From: an uncultured Acidobacteriia bacterium
GTDB taxonomy: Bacteria; Acidobacteriota; Terriglobia; Bryobacterales; Bryobacteraceae
DNA: 64,000 nt
NCBI GenBank assembly: GCA_903876865.1
Contig: CAIRBY010000700.1
Coordinates: forward strand, 6-64,005
Direction: 5' to 3'
Position 1 is the first letter of the stretch; each line of letters opens with the position of its first letter. The position numbers were made by a program, and so were the translations under genes. Below are positions 55,218-62,091 of this stretch, in pieces. The notes beneath the pieces were generated by a model, which saw only the letters and a program-made list of their open reading frames with translations, was not told the DNA's origin and searched no databases.

Positions 55218-55598
55218 CTACGCGCGGATCGGCGCACCGGATAGCGGGCCCTGGTACCGGGCATCCCCAAAGCCCAGGATCGGGAAGAAGATGAAGCCAA
55301 GCAGGGCTAACCCTACACCGAACCCGGCCCCTTTGCCAAAGCTTTTTGCAAGGCTGATGAATACAATGAAGCACATCACTAGGCCGACGAATGGAATCAG
55401 GAAGAGGATCAGCCACCAAACCGGTTTGCCAGCGATCTTGAGCAGGACCACGAGATTGTAGATGGGAACGATCGCTGCCCATCCCGGTTGGCCGGCCTTC
55501 GAGAAGGCCTTCCACATCGAAGCGATCACAATTACCATGACCGCGAGTAGTACGATCGAAAACACGCCGCTGAACAAACCGCCTGCGCCTTGGTCCAT
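55218..55598 (-). CDS. small multi-pass membrane protein (DUF5684-like)
   Basis: WKAFSKAGQPGWAAIVPIYNLVVLLKIAGKPVWWLILFLIP is the typical DUF5684 block as I recall it. Confidence 0.65.
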   Translation of the reverse strand: MDQGAGGLFSGVFSIVLLAVMVIVIASMWKAFSKAGQPGWAAIVPIYNLVVLLKIAGKPVWWLILFLIPFVGLVMCFIVFISLAKSFGKGAGFGVGLALLGFIFFPILGFGDARYQGPLSGAPIRA

Positions 55599-56153
55599 TT
55601 GAGCTTCTCCTTTGAATACTTGAGATTACGGCTAATTGTGTGAGCCAGCACAAACGATATAGGAGAATTACATCCGATGTCAAGCGGGGTGCTCGCTTGT
55701 TCTGCGGGGTGCATGTTCACTCGCGGGGCGGTTGACGTTCACGAATTCCCGGAGCCAGGGCAGGTGCCGTAATAGAAGCCCATCAGATTACCGGCAATGC
55801 GCCCTCGTCGAGGTGACACGCCTGGTCGAATCAAGCATCTCCGGAAGTGCAAGTAGGCCCAAAGAGGGTGATTGGCAGTGTGACCCGGGCTCAGTCGGTC
55901 AGATCCAACTTCTGAAGGGCGCAAACGGTGAGACGGCGGCCGCCACAATCAGGCGACAGTGTTCGGTGAGTGTCCTGGATTGCAGCAATCGGGGACTGGC
56001 TCCCGCCGTCCGGCGCGGGGACCAGCCCCACAGCTCCGTACATCGCGCATTCATCGCAGAACCACGGCTGGACACTGAGGGTTCTGTTTCTGAACTTCGA
56101 CTTTCGACGGGAGACCATCCGACGATTCTATGCGACTTCAGCGAATCGTGGTG

Positions 56154-56501
56154 TTAGCGCAATTCCGTGGAGAACAGCGACCGAAGCAGCGGTTCCAACC
56201 AGTTCCGGTCAACGCCCGCGCCATAGGAGTCCCAGGACTGGAGGGCCGTCTTGATTCGGGCGACCTCCGCGTCGGTGAACTCAAACTCCTTGGCCTGGAT
56301 TGAGAGGGCGGGGTTCCACACCACACGATCCTGACCGGCGACAACCTCACGTTGTACTTCGACCGCCGTCTCTTCATCGGCGTCGAGAGCGACGCGATCC
56401 TGAATGCTCCAGATCGCGCGAATAGAGCCCACGTCGGTACGCTGTGCGCCCAGCAAGGCGTGCAGGTTCAATCGCTGGGTGTGATCCAGGGTTAGCTTCA
56501 T
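56154..56501 (-). CDS. hypothetical protein downstream of the tail-fibre-like gene
   Basis: 115-aa ORF with coding-like composition, 19 nt after the tail-fibre stop. No recognisable motif. Confidence 0.45.
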   Translation of the reverse strand: MKLTLDHTQRLNLHALLGAQRTDVGSIRAIWSIQDRVALDADEETAVEVQREVVAGQDRVVWNPALSIQAKEFEFTDAEVARIKTALQSWDSYGAGVDRNWLEPLLRSLFSTELR

Positions 56502-56520
56502 CGATTTGTCCTTTCGGGTA

Positions 56521-58656
56521 TTACGGGTTCGCGTAGAGGAGAATGTAGCCCGCCGTGGCCCCGGCTGGGTTCTTCACCTTGAGCACGCCGGACCAACCGG
56601 AGGGATTCGTGGCGCCCATCAATTCCGCCAGGCGGTAACCGTTGCCGGTACCGCCCGCGACGATGAGTTCGCCGGCGCCGGTGACCTCGAGCAGACGGTG
56701 ATCTGCGAGGTTCGATCCAGGGCCATAGATCCGAAGCGGTGACTCCGCGTTGTCCTTGGCCGCTATCACGGTCGCGCCGCACGCGACTCCGGCCGCGACG
56801 AAGCCGGTCTGCGACGCCCACGTACGGGCGTACCCGCTTTTCGGATCGTTGCCCTGCTGCAGGCACGCGCCCCACAGGTAGATGGCACCGTTTGTCCAGT
56901 TGTCGCCATTGCCCGCGAACTGCCGCACGACAATCCAGAGTCCAGTCTGCCCTCCGGCCAGCGTGCCGGTGATCTTGAACCGCTGCCATGCGGTCGTGAG
57001 CGTGATGCTCGTCGGGCCCGCGAGATAGCCAGCATAGGCATTGTCCACGATGGCGATGGACACCTGTTTCGTTCCGGACGCGACCTTCGCCCACACGTAG
57101 AACGTGTACTGGCCTCCAGACACCAGGCCCGCCACCTGCTGCTGGATGACCGGCGTCGCGGTCACTGCCGTGATGGTGTCCGCGGTCGAGTTGCCATCCG
57201 GCGCGGCGATGGCGTTCGCGGTGGCCGAGCACGACCCGCCGTTCTTGTCCCAGGTCGCGGCGGTGAAGTCCTCGGCGTACTTCGCCATGTTCTCGAAGGG
57301 ACCGCCGACCGTCTGATAGGCGCCCGACTCGAGCGACTGGAAGTGGGAGTCGAGGTAGGCCCACTGATTATTCGCCGCCACGTAGGAGAACGACGCGCCG
57401 CCGGAGCCGTCGCGTAGGACCAGGGTGCTCGCTGTGGCGTTGGCCGAGCCTGACGTGCGCGCGTTGTCGAGGGTGCCACTGACGATATCCGTGGCGGCAT
57501 GGGTGTGGGTGGCGTTAGCCTTGGCCGCGCTGCTGCCGTTCACCAGGACGCAGTCCGTGGCGGTTCCGGCCGCGCCGTCCAGTTGGCCGGAGGAGTTGAT
57601 GACAGCCGCCTTCGAGACGGCCCATGCGCCGCCCTTCACCGGGCGGTTCGTCAGATCGGTCGCCAGACTGGTGACGTCCGACTCGGCGTGGGTGTGCGCG
57701 GGCATGTCTCCCGCCAGAAGCGTGTCCCATGCCGGCAGTGCGGACACGGTGCCCGTCCCGGTCTGCCGCAGGAACTTCCGGGTCGAGGTGGTGTTCCCCG
57801 CCAGGCGCGCCCAGGCCGGCGTCCCGTTGGCCGCGACCAGATCGCCCAGGACGGTTGCGGCAGCGACGGTGTCCGGATGCGTCGCGGAGAGGAGGTTGTG
57901 GGTGGTTGTGCCCGCCCCCGCGACGGTGACGTTCACGCGGTCGTTGCCGGAATCGTCCGCAACCGTCAGTGTAATGTTGGCGCCCTCGATCAGATTCAAC
58001 GCGCGGCGCGTTCCGATGGCCGTTCCCGCCTTCTGGATCGTAAACGGCAGCGCACCGGAGACTATGTCAGTGGCCACATGGGTGTGGGCGGGGAGGTCGC
58101 CAGAAACCAACGTTGTGCCGCCTGTGACGCGCCCCTTGACGTCCACGGTGACCTTCGGGTACGTCCCTGCGACCACGCCTGTCGCCGCCAACGACGCCAC
58201 CCCAGCCGCCACCGCCAGCCCGCCGACCGGGTCGATCTGGACGATGCCCTTGCTGGTGGTCGTGGCATCCGGGTAGGAGAACGCGCCGAACGTCTGGCCC
58301 GCCGCGAAGTCGATGATGGCGTCCATCGCCACGTGGTTGCTGGCGTTCAGGGCCATCCCGAGGTCGCCCGAGTTGTCGGCCTTGCGCCACTTGACCGCAC
58401 CGAGGTTGGGCAGGCGCACCAGGCCCGTGGCGGCTTTGCTCCCCGACCCGAACTCCGCGCCGTCCTGGAACGTCTTCAGGCCGGTAACGGTGACCGCGCC
58501 GTTCTTCAGGACGTAGTTCCGCGCCGCCGCCGTGCCGAGTTCGTTCTCGATGGCCAGCACCGCCGACTGGAGCGCGGTGATGAAGCCGGAAACCATGTTC
58601 GCCTTCACCGGGACGCCGGTGAGATGGCTGGCGGCAATCTCCACCGACGTGAGCAA
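56521..58656 (-). CDS. phage tail-fibre-like protein with C-terminal carbohydrate-binding-like domain (probably 5'-truncated)
   Basis: Three copies of the tail-fibre motif (DLPAHTHVATDIVSG, DMPAHTHAESDVTS, ATHTHAATDIVSG). Gly/Thr/Ala-rich shaft. CBM-like block ...APDGNSTADTI...YTFYVWAK...WQRFKITG...IYLWGACLQQG. TTG start abuts an HTH remnant. Confidence 0.7.
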   Translation of the reverse strand: MLTSVEIAASHLTGVPVKANMVSGFITALQSAVLAIENELGTAAARNYVLKNGAVTVTGLKTFQDGAEFGSGSKAATGLVRLPNLGAVKWRKADNSGDLGMALNASNHVAMDAIIDFAAGQTFGAFSYPDATTTSKGIVQIDPVGGLAVAAGVASLAATGVVAGTYPKVTVDVKGRVTGGTTLVSGDLPAHTHVATDIVSGALPFTIQKAGTAIGTRRALNLIEGANITLTVADDSGNDRVNVTVAGAGTTTHNLLSATHPDTVAAATVLGDLVAANGTPAWARLAGNTTSTRKFLRQTGTGTVSALPAWDTLLAGDMPAHTHAESDVTSLATDLTNRPVKGGAWAVSKAAVINSSGQLDGAAGTATDCVLVNGSSAAKANATHTHAATDIVSGTLDNARTSGSANATASTLVLRDGSGGASFSYVAANNQWAYLDSHFQSLESGAYQTVGGPFENMAKYAEDFTAATWDKNGGSCSATANAIAAPDGNSTADTITAVTATPVIQQQVAGLVSGGQYTFYVWAKVASGTKQVSIAIVDNAYAGYLAGPTSITLTTAWQRFKITGTLAGGQTGLWIVVRQFAGNGDNWTNGAIYLWGACLQQGNDPKSGYARTWASQTGFVAAGVACGATVIAAKDNAESPLRIYGPGSNLADHRLLEVTGAGELIVAGGTGNGYRLAELMGATNPSGWSGVLKVKNPAGATAGYILLYANP

Positions 58657-58662
58657 TGTCTT

Positions 58663-58793
58663 GAGTGAAGAGAAACGACAACAGCGGGTGATCGCGCTGG
58701 CCGGCTTAACTGGCCGTTGGGGAGTATCCAGAAGGAAACCGGGGTTCGCCGGGAAACGGCCGCCGCTTATCTGAAGGCAGAAGATCAGGCCGT
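58663..58793 (+). pseudogene. HTH fragment of a transposase/recombinase (frameshifted)
   Basis: EEKRQQRVIALAGLTGRW / SIQKETGVRRETAAAYLKAED lies in two frames. It resembles IS21-type N-terminal HTH regions. No catalytic domain. Confidence 0.3.
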
Positions 58794-58988
58794 TCGATGG
58801 TTCCGAATTCTATCCTGCGGGGAGCATTACGCACTGGAATTGGTAGTTAGACAGAACTCGCTGGGTGATCCGTTGCAGAGAGGGCCGGCGGCCCGGTCGT
58901 TCGGCCAGTCGAGAGCATAAATCTCTAGACGGCAACTCAGCGCGAGAACACTACAACGACAGTGGGTACCGGCTACGCAGCAACATAC

Positions 58989-59390
58989 CTATCTGACGCT
59001 TGGCGCGTCAAGATTCTGTCGCTTGGCAGTAAGTACCAAAAGATTTTCGCCACTGCCTCCCCACCCACCGGCGGGGTGCCAAGGACCAGTCCAGACCAGA
59101 CGTCTGCTGCACATCAGCACATCTCCATTCAGGCGGACGATCCAGTATTCTTTGTAAGTCGTATCCCCTACGGCGTCCGTCATCTCGGGGCTACGAAACG
59201 TTCCGTCTGCCGATGAATTGAGGTAAGCCGACATGAGCTTTAGGTGTTCACTGTTCCCTGCGAAGATCTGAAATGTGCCTTTACTGGGATCCGTTGACTT
59301 GTAAATGTCAACTTTTTCTCCAGCAGGGATCTCAACGTTTTCATCCTGGCTCTGATCTTGCACACCCGACAGTCGAAAGCGCCCCGATTC
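58989..59390 (-). CDS. hypothetical protein (lower-GC, start unclear)
   Basis: Coding-like sequence ...VEIPAGEKVDIYKSTDPSKGTFQIFAGNSEHLKLMSAYLNSSADGTFRSPEMTDAVGDTTYKEYWIVRLNGDVL. The ORF track start lies inside the ATPase pseudogene, beyond the junction. Confidence 0.3.
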   Translation of the reverse strand, partial: ESGRFRLSGVQDQSQDENVEIPAGEKVDIYKSTDPSKGTFQIFAGNSEHLKLMSAYLNSSADGTFRSPEMTDAVGDTTYKEYWIVRLNGDVLMCSRRLVWTGPWHPAGGWGGSGENLLVLTAKRQNLDAPSVR

Positions 59391-59391
59391 A

Positions 59392-59917
59392 GATATCCGC
59401 CACGAAGCAAGTTCTTCCACAGATCCGCTGGCCTAAGGTGGTTCACCGCGGGGTGCTTCTTTTGTGGTTCCCAAGGCAGCGGGTCGAGCGGCCTCCCGAA
59501 CTCCTCGCGTTGGGAGACTGGCAAGAGCCGCAGCATTGCCGCGCGGCCAGCCAGCGATTCCGTGACTTGCTGGGTGAGCAGCAGATTCTGCGATCCCGTC
59601 AGAAAGTACTGGCTGTGCGCGTCCCGGCGTTCGTCGATGCTCTCCTTGATGTAGGGCAACAGATCCGGCGCGTACTGGACCTCGTCAAAGATGGTGGGCG
59701 CGGGATACATCTCCAGAAAGGCGCGCGGATCGGCCGCCGCCGCCGCGCACACCTCGGGCGGCTAAAGCGATACGTAACCGGACGCTTCGCTAAAGACATG
59801 TTTCAGCAGTGTGGTTTTGCCCGACTGGCGTGGTCCCGTCAGGACCACCGCCGGGAACTGGGTGGCAGCCTTTCGAAGCACAGGCTCCAAAGCACGCGGG
59901 ATTTAACGGCGTCGCAT
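59392..59917 (-). pseudogene. AAA+ ATPase (AAA_14/DUF4143 family), 5' fragment with in-frame stops
   Basis: MRRR*IPRALEPVLRKAATQFPAVVLTGPRQSGKTTLLKHVFSEASGYVSL*PPEVCAAAAADPRAFLEMYPAPTIFDEVQYAPDLLPYIKESID...FLTGSQN...ESLAGRAAMLRLLP...LWKNLLRGGY. TAA at 59903-59905 and TAG at 59762-59764. Confidence 0.65.
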
Positions 59918-60247
59918 AGGCTACCAACTTGTAATTATGCAGTATAAATGCACAATTGCAAGATCGACCGCTGTTGATGCGCACCATGATAGTTCGTGTT
60001 CACTCCGTGGCATGGCAGGGCGCGTTTTGTACGCAAACAATAATCGGGAAGCCCGGGAGACTGTTCGAGGAGGGTTGAGAGAGGGGAGCCAACTCCCTTC
60101 CCTACAACGTGTTTCCAACAGTTCGTGAACTCCTCCCGCCCGTCTGCAACTCCCCAATTGGCCGACGTTTCGCGCGTTTTCCGTGTCTCCGTTTGCCTCC
60201 GCGTTCGCCATGGAGTGCCAAGTGCGCGGTGCGGCCGGACATCCTAA

Positions 60248-60517
60248 CCAGCGCACAACCCCACTTTTGCGGCAATCGAGAACATGATTGCCGACCCACG
60301 AACGGCGAACGGCGGCGTTTTGCCGAATCACTTCTTCTCGGTTCCGCTAACTTCGAACTTCGGCTTGACCCATCCGAATACGTTCGACATCCGGACTCTG
60401 CGTGGCCTGAAGCTCTATAATCTCAGTCAGGCCGGTTTCACTACCAGATTCGGTCGGCTCTCGTACTACAACAGCAACGCGGAGACTCTACAGTTTCAGG
60501 TGAAGATCGTATTCTGA
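60248..60517 (+). pseudogene. 3' remnant of a TonB-dependent receptor gene
   Basis: An ORF of about 90 codons ending ...NHFFSVPLTSNFGLTHPNTF...RFGRLSYYNSNAETLQFQVKIVF. This mirrors the C-terminus of the intact TBDR (NIMNHTNFALP...RQIQFGLKLIW). Its stop overlaps the next start (TGATG). Confidence 0.4.
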
Positions 60518-62091
60518 TGCGTCGAATCCTATTTTCGTGTCTGCTGGCTTTGCCGCTCAGTGCGGCAGAGTGGCAGTTCGCGGTCGAAACAGGAGTCAGG
60601 AACGGTCATGCCTTTCTATGGATTCCGCCCGCATGCCAGCATGTGCGCGGCGTGATCCTCGGCCAGCAGGTGATCCTGGAAAAGACCGTATTCGAGGACA
60701 CCGCCATCCGCCATGCAGCCACGGAGGAGTGCCTGGCGGAGGTAATCGTTTACCCCGGCTTCGACACCGTCTTTCATTACGGCCCGAACAGCGGCGCGCC
60801 ACCGGTGGAGGGTGTTCTACAGAGTACGCTCGACAGGCTTGCCGAGATCTCCGGTTATACCGAACTCGCCTCCGCACCCTGGCTGCCGATCGGCCATTCG
60901 GGCTCCGGCATCTTCGCCTGGAACCTGGCCTACTGGAAGCCGCGCCGCACCATTGCCCTCATCGGCTTACATAGCGCCGCCATCCACCCGCCGGCCTGGG
61001 ACCCCAAGGCGACGGTAGACGGTGTCCCCGTTCTGGGCATCAGCGGACAATACGAGTCGTGGGGCAATCCCAATCAATCGCTCGAAATGCACTGGCGCTG
61101 GCTGCGCGGCACGCTGCTCGAAATGCGTGCGATGTGGGAGCGCCCGCTCATGAGCATTTTGGTGGATCCCGGCGGCGGTCATTTCTCCTTCAATCCGCCG
61201 TTGGCGCAAGCCACGGCGTTGTTCATTCGCAAGGCAGCACACTACCGGATTCCTGCCGAGGGTCCTTCGCTGCCTTTACGCGAGATTCCGTCGAATACCG
61301 GTTGGCTGAGCGACTCTCATAGCTGCGCCCCGTTCAAAGACTACCGCGGGGACCGGTCGCTGGCTTTCTGGCATCTCGACGAGGAACTGGCGCGGTCGGC
61401 TCTGCATTTCGCGCCCGGCGCGCCCGGAAAACGCGACCAGCGCGTCACATTCGTGCAAAACGGGCAGCCGATTCCCGCCGCATGGCTGGAGGATATCCCC
61501 TTTCAGCCTATGGAAGAGGGGCTCTCCGTGCGCGTCTCCGCCGCGTTCTTGAGTGAGACGCCAAAGGGCGTCGCGGACTCAGGCAAGCCCCTCGGTCACG
61601 CATCCGGCGCGATTCAGTTTCGCCTCATCGGCGGGTGGGCCGGCGGCGGCGAACAGACTGGTCCGGAGACGTTTCGCATCCGCCCCAGTCACTTCGGCGC
61701 GACCGACAACCTGATGGTCCTCGCCTATCACCCGGGCGACCGGAGCTTCGCGTGGACAGAGCAGGCCGGGCAGATCAAGTATCCCAAGCGCAACAATGCC
61801 GGCCGGCCCCAAACCATCACCTTCCCAGCAATCCCCGATCAGGCATCCGGGACGGCCACCGTTGCGCTTCACGCGCAGAGCGACTCGGGCTTGCCCGTCG
61901 AGTACTACGTGGCGGCCGGGCCGGCGGAGATGGAAGGTCACACCTTGCGTTTCACCGCGATTCCGCCCCGCAGTCGCTTCCCGGTGAAGGTCACGGTAGT
62001 GGCCTACCAATGGGGACGCTCGATCGCGCCACTGGTGCAATCGGCGGCCGAGGTGGCACAGAGTTTCCTGGTGCTGCCTAACGCACGTTAG
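60517..62091 (+). CDS. secreted hypothetical protein (N-terminal alpha/beta-hydrolase-like region plus C-terminal beta domain)
   Basis: Signal peptide MRRILFSCLLALPLSAA, with GHSGSG in a hydrolase-like context. No confident family assignment. Confidence 0.6.
   Translation: MRRILFSCLLALPLSAAEWQFAVETGVRNGHAFLWIPPACQHVRGVILGQQVILEKTVFEDTAIRHAATEECLAEVIVYPGFDTVFHYGPNSGAPPVEGVLQSTLDRLAEISGYTELASAPWLPIGHSGSGIFAWNLAYWKPRRTIALIGLHSAAIHPPAWDPKATVDGVPVLGISGQYESWGNPNQSLEMHWRWLRGTLLEMRAMWERPLMSILVDPGGGHFSFNPPLAQATALFIRKAAHYRIPAEGPSLPLREIPSNTGWLSDSHSCAPFKDYRGDRSLAFWHLDEELARSALHFAPGAPGKRDQRVTFVQNGQPIPAAWLEDIPFQPMEEGLSVRVSAAFLSETPKGVADSGKPLGHASGAIQFRLIGGWAGGGEQTGPETFRIRPSHFGATDNLMVLAYHPGDRSFAWTEQAGQIKYPKRNNAGRPQTITFPAIPDQASGTATVALHAQSDSGLPVEYYVAAGPAEMEGHTLRFTAIPPRSRFPVKVTVVAYQWGRSIAPLVQSAAEVAQSFLVLPNAR

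Noticed and set aside
55600-56150. Small Cys-containing ORFs in the gap between the DUF5684 gene and the 115-aa ORF, e.g. 55891-56118(-) with FCDEC...DCGG...VCA, considered as a toxin/antitoxin or zinc-finger gene.
   Set aside because: There is no SD or clear start, and the competing frames are equally open. No recognisable family and no partner gene. The region is left as an unannotated, possibly decayed sequence.
56521-58656. Diversity-generating retroelement targeting the C-terminal domain of the tail-fibre-like protein.
   Set aside because: No reverse transcriptase gene, and no template-repeat copy of the 3' end, is visible anywhere in the window.
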